Assembly (NCBI GenBank): GCA_035293585.1
Contig: DATGMN010000050.1
Span: forward strand, 23,274-87,273
Reading direction: 5' to 3'
Length of the DNA stretch: 64,000 bases
Source: Bradyrhizobium sp.
GTDB taxonomy: Bacteria; Pseudomonadota; Alphaproteobacteria; Rhizobiales; Xanthobacteraceae
A program made the position numbers and the translations under genes. This document shows positions 49,912-59,710 of the stretch, one piece after another. How positions within the stretch are numbered: position 1 is the stretch's first letter; each line of letters opens with the position of its first letter. The notes below the pieces were generated by a model. The model had not been told where the DNA came from. It searched no databases and saw nothing but the letters and a program-made list of their open reading frames with translations.

Positions 49912-50481
49912 ATGAGAGCGGTCCTTGCATGCGCGATGATGCTGGCGCTCGCGCCGGCGGTCTTCGCGCAACAAGGCGTTCCGGAGCCGCTGGATTACCG
50001 AACCGACAATTACCGGGCGCCGGTGCCGGCAACACTTGCCGGCGCACGGGTCCTGACGACCGAAGAGGCTGAGGGGATCTGGCGCAGCAAGAGCGGAGTC
50101 TTCGTCGACGTGCTGCCGCGCGCGCCGAAGCCGAAGAATCTTCCCGCAGGCACGGTCTGGCGTGACAAGCCGCGGCTCAACATTCCCGGCAGCATCTGGC
50201 TGCCCGACACCGGCTACGGACGATTGGCGCCATCCACCGAGGACTATCTGCGCAACGGCCTCGCGCGGGCCACCGAAGGCAACAAGAGCGCGCTGCTCGT
50301 GATTTATTGCCAGGCCGATTGCTGGATGTCCTGGAACGCCGCCAAGCGGGCGCTCAGCTTCGGCTATTCCAACGTGGCCTGGTATCCGGAAGGGACAGAC
50401 GGCTGGACGTTCTTCGACCTGCCGACGCAGGAGTCACGGCCTGAGCCGCGGCCGGACGAGGAGGGGGCGCCTGCCCGTTGA
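49912..50481 (+). CDS. PQQ-catabolism-associated CXXCW-motif rhodanese-like protein
   Basis: Signal peptide; IPGSIWLP, YCQADCWMSWNAAKRA, WYPEGTDGW. Confidence 0.88.
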   Translation: MRAVLACAMMLALAPAVFAQQGVPEPLDYRTDNYRAPVPATLAGARVLTTEEAEGIWRSKSGVFVDVLPRAPKPKNLPAGTVWRDKPRLNIPGSIWLPDTGYGRLAPSTEDYLRNGLARATEGNKSALLVIYCQADCWMSWNAAKRALSFGYSNVAWYPEGTDGWTFFDLPTQESRPEPRPDEEGAPAR

Positions 50482-50631
50482 TCGTCGTTGCTGGCTGCAA
50501 CAAACGTCCTGATCGCCTTTTCCGCGTCATCGAACAGGTCCGGAAATTTCGGTGGGCGCAGTTCCCCCGATAGGCTGCAAGCGTGGCGAATCGCGCTAAG
50601 GATTGGCTTTCTCATCGTCACCGGTGGTCAA

Positions 50632-51540
50632 ATGAATACTCATCTCTTTTCGGCTGTCTGCGGTAGTCTTGTAATGCTCGCATCAAGCGGCGCTGTTCTT
50701 GCTGCCGATATGCCCGTCAAAGCTCCGCCGCCTGCTGTTTGGGGTGGGTCGGGTTTCTATGTCGGTGTGGGCGGAAGTTTCAACTGGACCCATTTCGACC
50801 AATCGCTTCAGGGCGTGTCCGGTGTCGTAAATGTATTCGATGGGTCGGTGCCATTGGCCCAGGGGCAGGAGGGTGGGCCCTTTTTCGACTTCAATCGAAA
50901 CAAATCCGGTTTCGCCCCGGATGTTCAACTCGGCTATACCGCACCGGTTGCCAGCGGCGGCTGGCTGGCTGGGGTCAAACTCACGTACAAATACGCAAAC
51001 ATCGACTCGAAGCAGAACGTGAACATTCCCCAGAACGGGACCGGCGCCATATTGAGCGGACCCGGCGCCGGCACTCAAGGGCCGATCACCGGCTTCGTGG
51101 TGGGCAGCCCGGCGGAAATCAACCTGCAGCATCAGCTGTCGCTGATAGGGACCGTCGGCCATGCATTCGGCAATGTCACCTTGTATGGCGGTGCCGGTCC
51201 GGCGCTGTTCGGCGTCCAGACGAACTTCATCAATACGGTGCCGTTTGCCACCACGTCATTGCGTGGAACGTTCCCGGCGGGGGCGCCGATGACCGTTTTC
51301 AATAGCAATTGGGTGGCGGGCGGCGTGGCGCAGGTCGGCACCACCTATGCTTTCACCGGCGGCTGGTTCTTGGATTTCGCCTATACCTATGCGCGGTCCG
51401 CGGGCTTCAACATCGCAAATTCGGTTTTCGTTCAGAACCAGGTCGGTACGGTCAGGATCTCCGGTCCGGCGGTCCTGAACACCCAGGAGCGGGTCACCAA
51501 TCAATCCATAACAGTAACGCTCAATTATGGATTCCACTGA
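50632..51540 (+). CDS. Outer-membrane beta-barrel protein (Omp25/RopB-like)
   Basis: AADMPVKAP, GFYVGVGG, C-terminal LNYGFH. Confidence 0.8.
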   Translation: MNTHLFSAVCGSLVMLASSGAVLAADMPVKAPPPAVWGGSGFYVGVGGSFNWTHFDQSLQGVSGVVNVFDGSVPLAQGQEGGPFFDFNRNKSGFAPDVQLGYTAPVASGGWLAGVKLTYKYANIDSKQNVNIPQNGTGAILSGPGAGTQGPITGFVVGSPAEINLQHQLSLIGTVGHAFGNVTLYGGAGPALFGVQTNFINTVPFATTSLRGTFPAGAPMTVFNSNWVAGGVAQVGTTYAFTGGWFLDFAYTYARSAGFNIANSVFVQNQVGTVRISGPAVLNTQERVTNQSITVTLNYGFH

Positions 51541-51590
51541 TCCGAATCCGGTGACTTTCGCCTCTGCGCCGCCTCCATGGTGGTCTGGAT

Positions 51591-51620
51591 CGTGATACGA
51601 TTAGAAGAAATCGTATCACG
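51591..51620. repeat. 12-bp perfect inverted repeat CGTGATACGATT-N6-AATCGTATCACG
   Basis: Seen directly between the convergent OMP and LutG-like genes. Confidence 0.7.
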
Positions 51621-51703
51621 TTCTCTTGTCCCTCTTCATGATCCGTCCGGAACACCGGACCTTTTGCTGCCTCACGCCATCACGGGACTGTCGAACGACA
51701 GCG

Positions 51704-52342
51704 CTATTCGATCTCCTGCTGGATCACGCGCCCGAGCGCGAACAGCCTCTGGTCGATCGTGGTCGGCACCTCGCAGACATATTTGACCACCTTGCGCCGG
51801 TCCTCGAAGATGCGCGTTTCCCACAGCAGCTGATTGCCGAGCTCATCGACCTTCTGCTGATCGGGCGAGGCCTCGCTCTGCAGCGCCTGCAGCGCGACGG
51901 TGTCGGCGCGGATCTTGTCGGCGGCCGCGCGCTGCTTGCGCATGACCCGCTCCAGGCCGTTCATGACGGTCGAGCGCTCCGTGTTGAGGGTGTCGAACAG
52001 GCCGGCGAACAGCAGCTTGCCGGCCATGGTCTTGTCGTCGGCCTTGTCGTTGCCGGCGGAGTCGAGGAATGCCTTGATCTCCTTCTCCGCTTCATCGAGC
52101 GGCATCCGGCGCGCAGCCGTCTTCGTCACCAGCGCGGCGACCTTGGAATCGTCCTTCCATTTGTCCTTGACGTCGTCGAGCGGCGGGCCGGCCCACACCG
52201 CGGGCAGCGAGATCTCGGGCACCTTGGCCTGTGCGCAGGGCCAGTCGGGGTAACGTGGATCGGCGGCGAGACCGGCCGTGCCCGATACCGCCGACAGCGC
52301 CAGCGCCCCAAAAACGGCGCGCCAATTCATGCGCAAGCTCAT
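51704..52342 (-). CDS. Exported protein, LutG-like by position
   Basis: Signal peptide; DWPCAQ, WAGP, YVCEVP; coupled to the ABC permease. Confidence 0.78.
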   Translation of the reverse strand: MSLRMNWRAVFGALALSAVSGTAGLAADPRYPDWPCAQAKVPEISLPAVWAGPPLDDVKDKWKDDSKVAALVTKTAARRMPLDEAEKEIKAFLDSAGNDKADDKTMAGKLLFAGLFDTLNTERSTVMNGLERVMRKQRAAADKIRADTVALQALQSEASPDQQKVDELGNQLLWETRIFEDRRKVVKYVCEVPTTIDQRLFALGRVIQQEIE

Positions 52343-53202
52343 GTCTCACCTCCGGCAGGTCCGCGGCGCGCGAGCCCTCGCGACGGATCATAGGCCAGGA
52401 TCGCGCCGATCATGAAGACGGCCGTGCAGCCGGCCACGACGGCAAGCGAAACCCAGTTGATCTTTCCATAGAGCGCAAACCGTATGAGCTCCACCGCATG
52501 TGTGAACGGATTGGCCTCGCAGACATAATAGAGCCATGGGCTGCCTTCCTGCACCCGCCACAGCGGGTAGAGGGCGGACGACGCGAAGAACATCGGAAAG
52601 ATCACGAAGTTCATCACCCCGGCGAAGTTCTCCAGCTGCTTGATGCCGGAGGAGATCAGCATGCCGAGCGCGCCCAGCATCAGGCCGGACAATGCGAGCG
52701 CCGGCAGCACCGTGAGATAGCCTGTCGTCGGCGGCGTGATGTCCCAGAACCAGGCGATCAGCAGGAACGCATAGACCTGCAGCAGCGACACCGCCGTTCC
52801 GGCGAGCAGCTTGCAGAACAACAGATAGCCGCGCGGCAGCGGGCTCACCAGCAGCGTGCGCATGTTGCCCATCTCGCGGTCGTAGACCATCGAGAGCGAG
52901 GATTGCATGCCGTTGAACAGCTGGATCATCGCCATCAGCCCCGGCGCGATATAGACCTCGTAGAGGATATAGGTCTCGTAGGGCGGGATGATCGAGATGC
53001 CAAGCACCTGGCGGAAACCGGCCGCGAAGATGAACAGCCACACCAGAGGCCGCACCAGCGCCGAGATGAATCGCTCGCGCTGATGCAGGAAGCGCAGGCC
53101 CTCGCGCCAGACGATGCCGATGAGGCAGGTGGCGTATTCGGACAGCGAAAAGCCCTTCGGCTGATCTGTGACCGGGCGATCGGTGATGGTCGTCGACGTC
53201 AC
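52339..53202 (-). CDS. ABC-2-type permease of PQQ-ADH/lanthanide system (LutF/PedC-like)
   Basis: RFLHQRERF, LVRPLVWL, YDREMG, NFAGVMNFVIFP. Confidence 0.88.
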   Translation of the reverse strand: MTSTTITDRPVTDQPKGFSLSEYATCLIGIVWREGLRFLHQRERFISALVRPLVWLFIFAAGFRQVLGISIIPPYETYILYEVYIAPGLMAMIQLFNGMQSSLSMVYDREMGNMRTLLVSPLPRGYLLFCKLLAGTAVSLLQVYAFLLIAWFWDITPPTTGYLTVLPALALSGLMLGALGMLISSGIKQLENFAGVMNFVIFPMFFASSALYPLWRVQEGSPWLYYVCEANPFTHAVELIRFALYGKINWVSLAVVAGCTAVFMIGAILAYDPSRGLARRGPAGGET

Positions 53203-54011
53203 TGGTCCGATCCTCCGGTCACTGCGCCCTGCGTCAGGCGCATGAAGGCGGAATGCACATCCTGTCCGCCGGCCTTTGCGATGACATCGGGCACACGGCC
53301 ACGCGCAAGCATCCTGCCCTGATGCAGCACGACGAGATCGTCGCCCGGCGTGATCTCGTCGAACAGATGCGTGGCCCACAGCACGCCGATGCCCTGCTCG
53401 GTGACGAGCTGCCGGACATGGGTGATGATATCGGCGCGCGCCTTGACGTCGAGGCCGACCGTCGGCTCGTCGAGCAGCAACAGCCGCGGCCGGTGCAGCA
53501 GCGCCCGGGCGATCTCGAGCCGCCGCATCTGGCCGCCGGAGAGGTCACGCACCTTGCTCGCGCTGCGATCCGCGAGCCCGATGCGCGCGAGCAGCTCGAC
53601 GCTGCGCTCGGCTGCTTCGCGCCGGCCGATGCCGTGCAGCGCTGCGTGGTACAACAGGTTCTGTTTCAGCGAGAGGTCGAGATCGAGCGTGCGCGGCTGG
53701 AACACGACGCCGAGCAGCCGCAGCGCCTCGCCCGGCTCGCGGCCGATATCGTGGCCGAAGATGCTGATATGGCCGCTCTGGATGCCGAACAGGCGCGTGA
53801 TCAGCGAGAACAGGGTGCTCTTGCCGGCGCCGTTGAGCCCGAGCAGCGCGGTGAAGCTCGCGGGCGCGACCGTGAAGGAGATGGCGGCGAGCGCGCGCCG
53901 CGTGCCATAGGAATGGCTGATGCCGTCGATCGACAGCGCCGGCACACGGGCCGGGCTTGGCGCGGCGCCTGGCTCGGCCTGATCGCCGCCGGCTGCGTCA
54001 GCCATGGTCAT
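53199..54011 (-). CDS. ABC ATP-binding protein of PQQ-ADH/lanthanide system (LutE/PedB-like)
   Basis: GLNGAGKST, FQPRTLDLDL, LSGG, LLDEPTVGLD, WATHL. Confidence 0.9.
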   Translation of the reverse strand: MTMADAAGGDQAEPGAAPSPARVPALSIDGISHSYGTRRALAAISFTVAPASFTALLGLNGAGKSTLFSLITRLFGIQSGHISIFGHDIGREPGEALRLLGVVFQPRTLDLDLSLKQNLLYHAALHGIGRREAAERSVELLARIGLADRSASKVRDLSGGQMRRLEIARALLHRPRLLLLDEPTVGLDVKARADIITHVRQLVTEQGIGVLWATHLFDEITPGDDLVVLHQGRMLARGRVPDVIAKAGGQDVHSAFMRLTQGAVTGGSDQ

Positions 54012-54979
54012 TGCGGCGTGATCGTGATGCCCCATGGCAGCTCTCCGACCTGGATTGTCTTGATCACCTTCTGGCTTGCGACATCGATCACCGACACGTC
54101 GTTGGAAACGCCGTTGGTCGTCAAAAGATATTTCTCGTCCGGGGTAAAGGCCATGTGCCAGACCCGCTGTCCGACCAGAAGATATTTTTCCACCTTGTGC
54201 GTGGTTGCATCGACCACCGCAATGCGGTTGGCGGGGCCGAGTGCCACGAACGCCGTCTTGTTGTCCTTGGTGATGCCGATGCCGACCGGCTGGATCGCCT
54301 CGCGCCGCAGGCCCGGAATCGCGAACTCGATCTTGCCGGTCACCGCGTGCTTGACGGGATCGATGATCGACACGGTGCCGCCGATCTCCGAGGACACCCA
54401 CAGCTCCGAGCCGTCGCTCTTGAACGCGGCAAAGCGCGGCCTGGTATCGACCAGCACGTTGGCGACGATCTCGCGCTTGGCCGTGTCGATGAAGTGCGCC
54501 ATGCTGGTGGTTTCGGACGTGTTGATCAGGATCTTGTCGTCCGGGCTCACGGTCATGCCTTCGGGCTCGACGCCGACCTGGATGTCGCCGATGCGGCTGC
54601 GCGTCGGCAGGTCGATCACGGTCACCGTGTTGTCGTTCTCATTGGCGACGTAGAGAATCTTGCCGCTCTTGTCCTGGGTGAACAATTCTGGGTCGGGACC
54701 GGAGGGCAGGGTGTCCGTGATCGCTTGGGTCTTGGCGTCAATCACCTGGATGGTGTCGTCGTCGCCGACCGCGACCATCACGAACTTGCCGTCCCTGGAG
54801 AACTCGATGCCGCGCGGCCGCTGGCCGACCTTGATGGTGTTGGTGACGGTCCAGCTATCGGTATCGATCACCGTGACCGTGTTGCCCTTCTCGTTGGAGA
54901 CATAGGCGACATAGGCGTGCGCAGGCGCGGCCGCCGCAAGCCAAACGGCCAGTCCGGAAAGCAGGCAGGTGCGCCACAT
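54008..54979 (-). CDS. YVTN beta-propeller protein (LutB/PedA2-like)
   Basis: AYVSNEK, VGQRPRGI, SGPDPE, YVANE, VGVEPEG repeats. Confidence 0.9.
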   Translation of the reverse strand: MWRTCLLSGLAVWLAAAAPAHAYVAYVSNEKGNTVTVIDTDSWTVTNTIKVGQRPRGIEFSRDGKFVMVAVGDDDTIQVIDAKTQAITDTLPSGPDPELFTQDKSGKILYVANENDNTVTVIDLPTRSRIGDIQVGVEPEGMTVSPDDKILINTSETTSMAHFIDTAKREIVANVLVDTRPRFAAFKSDGSELWVSSEIGGTVSIIDPVKHAVTGKIEFAIPGLRREAIQPVGIGITKDNKTAFVALGPANRIAVVDATTHKVEKYLLVGQRVWHMAFTPDEKYLLTTNGVSNDVSVIDVASQKVIKTIQVGELPWGITITPQ

Positions 54980-55011
54980 ACGCTCTCTCTCCATTCTCGA
55001 TGCAACTCGCC

Positions 55012-56202
55012 TCAATGCAGCTTGCATTTGGTTTCCGGACGGTCGACGCCCAGCGTGTCGAGCTCGGAGGTCTGGTGCAGGAAACCTTCCTGCGGCGACA
55101 CCGAGACCACCATGCGCCCGTCGGACAACAGGATCGGCTGGCGCAGCTGCAGATTCCAGTCCCGCAGCGTCAGCGCCTGGCCCTTGAAGGCGGCGACGGA
55201 GAAGTCCGGCCCCTTGATGAAATCGACGAGCTTCTTGGGATCGTTCGAATTGGTGCGCGCGGCGGCCTCGCCGACCATGCGCGCTGCGGTCCAGGCCTGC
55301 ATGTCGAGCGCGGTCATGTGCCGCGAATTGAGCTTCACGAACCGGTTCTGCAGCTGGATGGCGCCCCACTGGTCATGCGCGGCATCCCATGTCGTCGGCA
55401 TCAGCCCCGCCGATCCCGCGACGGGGCGCGGATCCCAGGTGCGGTAGGGCAGGTAGGACGCGAACACCTCGCTTTCGTCGGCGGCGACGAGGACGTCGTA
55501 AGCCGGGGCCTGCTGGGTGAACACCGGGATCTGCCGCTGGATCAGGCTGATGCCGCTGTCGGTGCGCCGGGCGCCGCCGGTGTCCTGGAAGGTGCGCTCC
55601 TCGACGATCTTGGCGCCGAAGCGCGTGGCCGCGCGGCGCAGTGCATCGGCATAGAGCTTGTCCCTGTCGTGGGAGCCTGTCACCAGCAGCCAGCGCGGCC
55701 ACTTCTTCCACACCAGATATTGGCCGAGCCCGTCCGCGAGCATCGACCGTGTCGGCGCCACATGGATGACGTTGGCGCGACAATCCTCCTCACGCAGGCG
55801 GTCGTCGATGGCGCCGGCATTGAACAGCAGCGTGCCGTTGTCGCGCAGTGCATCGGCGACCTTGAGCAATTCGTCAGCGGGCAGGTCGGCGATGAGGAAG
55901 CCGTCGTGGCCGGCAAGCGTTTGCGCGGCCTTCACCACATCGTCGCCGGCCTTGAGCCTGGCCTCGTCGAGATTGAAATGCTGGTTGAGGAACCTGCCAG
56001 TGGTGTTGTTGTCCTCGATCGCAAGGCGCGCGCCGGCGAGGCCGTCATTCTCCGCCGGCTGCATCACCAGCGACAATGTCTCCCTGGTGCCGGCGTGGTG
56101 GATATAGCCGATATTGACCTCGACCGGCTCGGCCGCGCGCGTGAGGGGCGCCGTCAGCCCCAGCGCAATCACGCCAATCGCGCCCGCCAACCACCGGAAC
56201 AT
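55012..56202 (-). CDS. ABC substrate-binding protein of PQQ-ADH/lanthanide system (LutA-like)
   Basis: Signal peptide; DNNTTGRFL, MLADGLGQYL, QWGAIQLQNRF, SPQEGFLH, LDTLG. Confidence 0.88.
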   Translation of the reverse strand: MFRWLAGAIGVIALGLTAPLTRAAEPVEVNIGYIHHAGTRETLSLVMQPAENDGLAGARLAIEDNNTTGRFLNQHFNLDEARLKAGDDVVKAAQTLAGHDGFLIADLPADELLKVADALRDNGTLLFNAGAIDDRLREEDCRANVIHVAPTRSMLADGLGQYLVWKKWPRWLLVTGSHDRDKLYADALRRAATRFGAKIVEERTFQDTGGARRTDSGISLIQRQIPVFTQQAPAYDVLVAADESEVFASYLPYRTWDPRPVAGSAGLMPTTWDAAHDQWGAIQLQNRFVKLNSRHMTALDMQAWTAARMVGEAAARTNSNDPKKLVDFIKGPDFSVAAFKGQALTLRDWNLQLRQPILLSDGRMVVSVSPQEGFLHQTSELDTLGVDRPETKCKLH

Positions 56203-56352
56203 GTTTCCTCCCTCGGCACGTCTCCCTCGCCTTAACCGGCGATGGGCTTCGGCCTGATGCTCTTTGGCTTCGAACAAGACCGAATTATGCCTGAGCTTGC
56301 AACCCCGCATTTTGTGCTAGGTCGCAAGCGCTCCGATCACCATCGTGAGAGT

Positions 56353-57198
56353 TCACGCCTTCAGCCGCGCGGCGTGCCAGCGCAAATGATCGCTCATGAA
56401 GCTCGAGATGAAATAATAGCTGTGGTCGTAACCGCTCTGGCGGCGCAGGGCGAGGGGGATGTTCGCCTTCTCGCACGCGGCTTTGAGCAGTTCGGGGCGA
56501 AGCTGCTCGCTCAGGAACTGGTCGGCATCGCCGTAATCGACCAGGAATTCCGCAAAGCGCGCGCCGTCCTCGATCAGCGCCACCGCGTCATGCTTGCGCC
56601 AGGCCTGCTTGTCGGGGCCGAGATAGCCCGACAGCGCCTTGTTGCCCCAGGGCACCTGCGACGGCGCCACGATCGGCGCAAACGCGCTCGCCGCGCGGTA
56701 GCGGCTCGGGTTGCGAAGCGCAACCGTCAGCGCGCCGTGGCCGCCCATGGAATGGCCGAGGATCGATTGCTTGCTGGGATCAACGGGAAAATGTCCCGCG
56801 ACCAGCTTTGGCAATTCCTCGGTGACATAGCTCCACATGCGGTAATTGCGCGCGAACGGCTGCTCGGTGGCGTCGACATAGAAGCCCGCGCCTAGCCCGA
56901 AATCGTAGGAGTTGGCGGGATCGCCCGGCACGTCCGGCCCGCGCGGCGAGGTGTCGGGCGCGACAAAGACGAGGCCGAGCTCCGCGCAGGCGCTGCGGTA
57001 TTCGCCTTTCTCGGTGACATTGGCGTGGGTGCAGGTCAGCCCCGACAGATAGTACACCACCGGCAGCCTGGCGCCGGCCTGATGCTCCGGCACATAGACC
57101 GAGAAGGTCATGTCGGTCTTGGTCTGCTCGCTCGCGTGCTTGTACACGCCCTGCACGCCGCCATGGGATTTGTTGAGGGAAACGGTCTGGACCGCCAT
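56353..57198 (-). CDS. fghA: S-formylglutathione hydrolase
   Basis: LSGLTC, PDTSPRG, GAGFY, GHSMGGHGAL, YDHSYYF. Confidence 0.96.
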   Translation of the reverse strand: MAVQTVSLNKSHGGVQGVYKHASEQTKTDMTFSVYVPEHQAGARLPVVYYLSGLTCTHANVTEKGEYRSACAELGLVFVAPDTSPRGPDVPGDPANSYDFGLGAGFYVDATEQPFARNYRMWSYVTEELPKLVAGHFPVDPSKQSILGHSMGGHGALTVALRNPSRYRAASAFAPIVAPSQVPWGNKALSGYLGPDKQAWRKHDAVALIEDGARFAEFLVDYGDADQFLSEQLRPELLKAACEKANIPLALRRQSGYDHSYYFISSFMSDHLRWHAARLKA

Positions 57199-57305
57199 GA
57201 TGGGCTCCTGTGATGGAACAGATTGATGTGTGAGGGTGAAATTGCTCGCGCGACTTAGGGACTGATGAGAGTTGTTTGAATCGATCCGAGCCACGAGCTC
57301 GGCTT

Positions 57306-57437
57306 ACCTCTCCCGTAGGGAGAGGCCGGCTCGCATCGTAAGATGCGAGGCGGGTGAGGGATTACGGTCTCTCGCAACCGCTGCGGCCCCTGACCCGGAT
57401 TGCTCCGCAATCTGACCTCTCCCCGCTGGGGAGAGGT
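57306..57437. repeat. RIME-like intergenic mosaic element
   Basis: Terminal hairpins CCTCTCCC-GTA-GGGAGAGG and ACCTCTCCCC-GCT-GGGGAGAGGT, plus an internal CTCGCATC/GATGCGAG hairpin. Confidence 0.8.
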
Positions 57438-57477
57438 GCCCTCGCGGCAACCGACTGATCCGAACTCGACCATCGCC

Positions 57478-58110
57478 TCAGGCGACGCCGCTGTCGATCG
57501 CCAGCCGGACCAGCTCGGCCGAGCTGCGCACGCCGAGTTTCTGGCGCATGATCGAAGAGGTGTTGGCGACGGTCTTGTAGGAGGAGTGCACGAGCCAGGC
57601 GATTTCCGACAGGCTCTTGCCGGCGCTGAGCAGGCGCAGGATCTCCATCTCCTTCGGCGTCAGTTTCGACAGCGGATTTTGCGCGACGGCGGGCCCCGCA
57701 AAGGCGATGCTGCGCGCCATCGCGGTGGGCAGATAGGTCCCACCCTTGCCGACCTGCCTGATGGCCTCGACCAGCTCGTTGGGATCGCCCGACTTGGAGA
57801 CATAGCCCTTGGCGCCGACCTCGATCGCGCGCGCGGCGAAGATCGGGTCGTCATTCATGCTGAACATGATGATGCGGGCCGATGCATCGCGCACGAGAAT
57901 CCGCCGCGCCAGCTCGAAGCCGGAGACGGTCGGCAGGTTGATGTCGACGACACAGACATCGGGATGCTCTGCGGCAAAAACGCGCTCGCCGCTTTCGGCA
58001 TCGGGCGCGTCCATCAGCACGATCTCGCCTTCGATATCATGTTGGCCGGCGAGCAGGGCCCGGCAGCCGGAGGCGACAATGGGGTGGTCATCGACGATCA
58101 GAACGCGCAT
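57478..58110 (-). CDS. NarL/FixJ-family response regulator (MxcE/MxaX-like by context)
   Basis: VDDH, VVDINLP, GYVSK, LTPKEMEIL...SYKTVAN HTH. Confidence 0.92.
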   Translation of the reverse strand: MRVLIVDDHPIVASGCRALLAGQHDIEGEIVLMDAPDAESGERVFAAEHPDVCVVDINLPTVSGFELARRILVRDASARIIMFSMNDDPIFAARAIEVGAKGYVSKSGDPNELVEAIRQVGKGGTYLPTAMARSIAFAGPAVAQNPLSKLTPKEMEILRLLSAGKSLSEIAWLVHSSYKTVANTSSIMRQKLGVRSSAELVRLAIDSGVA

Positions 58111-58323
58111 GCATCGGTCCTATACGGCCTCGTCCGCCCGTTGTTGCAGCGCAACAGGCGTGACTTGGCGCGTTGTCGTCGCGACGCCTGTCCCCCCGGG
58201 CATGCATCTGAAACGATGTTGCTATAGGTTTTGATTAGATAGCCGGCCCCGTTGTGCTGTCAACGCTCCTTGTTGTCGGATGGAGAGCTGTCGATCGCGG
58301 ACGAAAACCAGAAGACGAAAATC

Positions 58324-59685
58324 ATGTGGCAGAATCTTTCCCTGCGGGCCCGGATCAACCTGTTGCTGGCGCTGGTGCTCGCTTTCGGTCTTTTCATCAA
58401 TATTGCGCGGCTGGTGGTCGAGGCGGGGCCGCGGGTTCAGGCCGAGGACCAGAGCGTCATCCGGCTGGCGCGCGAGTTCATCGCCATGATCGTTGCTGAT
58501 CTGAACGAGGCGCCGGATCCCGACGCGCGATTGCAGCAGATCGCGAGCGATCTGAGCCGGCTTCGTCACGTCAGCATCACGCTGCAGGATGGCACGCCGC
58601 ATGCCGCTGCTCCCGCGCCGGGCCCCGAGAGCGACGAGCCGCGTGCGCCGCCGGCCTGGTTCGTCAACCTGGTTCATCCCGAGACCACCTCCGTCGATGT
58701 TCCGGTGTCCGTGCATGGCAGGCCGCAGCAGCTGGTGATCGCCTCGCATCCCAATGACGAGATCGCGGAAATCTGGGACGGCATCGTCACCCAGCTCGAG
58801 GTCGGCTCGGTCACGGCGCTGGTCCTGTTCCTGGTGACGATGATGGTGGTCAGCCGTGCGCTGACGCCGCTCGGCGATCTGTCGGCCGCGATGAACAGAA
58901 TAGAGGCGGGCGACTATGACGCCCGGGTCGCGCCCGGCGGCGCGCCGGAACTCGCCGCCATCTGCGGCAAGCTCAATCATCTCGCAGCGGCGCTTGGTGC
59001 GGCGGTGGAGGAGAAGCGGCAATTGGCCGCGCGCGCCGTCTCGCTGCAGGATCTCGAGCGCAAGCAGATCGCGCGCGAGCTGCATGACGAGTTCGGCCCC
59101 TATCTGTTTTCGCTGCGGGCGCATGCCAGCGCCCTGGTGCGGCTAGCCGAGAGCGGCGCGCCGGCGCGGGAGGCGGTGCAGACGCACGGCAGCGCCATCC
59201 TGGAGCAGGTCAATGCGCTGCAGCAGGTCAACCGGCGCGTCCTCGAAAAGCTGCGACCGGTGGGACTCGCGGAACTCGGCCTCAGCGGCGCGATCGAAGC
59301 CCTGCTGCGGCTGTGGCGCGAATCCCGTCCCGATGTCGCAATCGAAACCGCGATTTCGCGTTCCCTCGGCGAAACCGGCGAGACCGCGGAGCTCACGATC
59401 TACCGGGTGGTGCAGGAGGCCCTGACCAACGCGTTCCGCCACGCCCGCGCGACCTCGGTCAATGTCACCGTCGCGCCGGCAGAGCAGGCGGGAGCACAGG
59501 GTCACCGCGGCTGCGCCCTGGTGCGGGTGCGCGACAATGGCCACGGGCTTGACGCGGATCACAAGCTCGGTCGCGGCCTCCAGGGGATGCGCGAGCGGAT
59601 CATGGCGCTGGGCGGCACGCTCTCGGTCGCCTCGAGCGACGGCGGCGTAACCGTCGAGGCGATCATCCCCAACGCGGCCCAATGA
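58324..59685 (+). CDS. Membrane sensor histidine kinase (HAMP + HisKA_3; MxcQ/MxaY-like by context)
   Basis: Two TM segments; IARELHDEFG, QEALTNAFRHA, DNGHG, GLQGMRER. Confidence 0.92.
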   Translation: MWQNLSLRARINLLLALVLAFGLFINIARLVVEAGPRVQAEDQSVIRLAREFIAMIVADLNEAPDPDARLQQIASDLSRLRHVSITLQDGTPHAAAPAPGPESDEPRAPPAWFVNLVHPETTSVDVPVSVHGRPQQLVIASHPNDEIAEIWDGIVTQLEVGSVTALVLFLVTMMVVSRALTPLGDLSAAMNRIEAGDYDARVAPGGAPELAAICGKLNHLAAALGAAVEEKRQLAARAVSLQDLERKQIARELHDEFGPYLFSLRAHASALVRLAESGAPAREAVQTHGSAILEQVNALQQVNRRVLEKLRPVGLAELGLSGAIEALLRLWRESRPDVAIETAISRSLGETGETAELTIYRVVQEALTNAFRHARATSVNVTVAPAEQAGAQGHRGCALVRVRDNGHGLDADHKLGRGLQGMRERIMALGGTLSVASSDGGVTVEAIIPNAAQ

Positions 59686-59710
59686 AATGACATGACGGCG
59701 TGGGGGGGGG

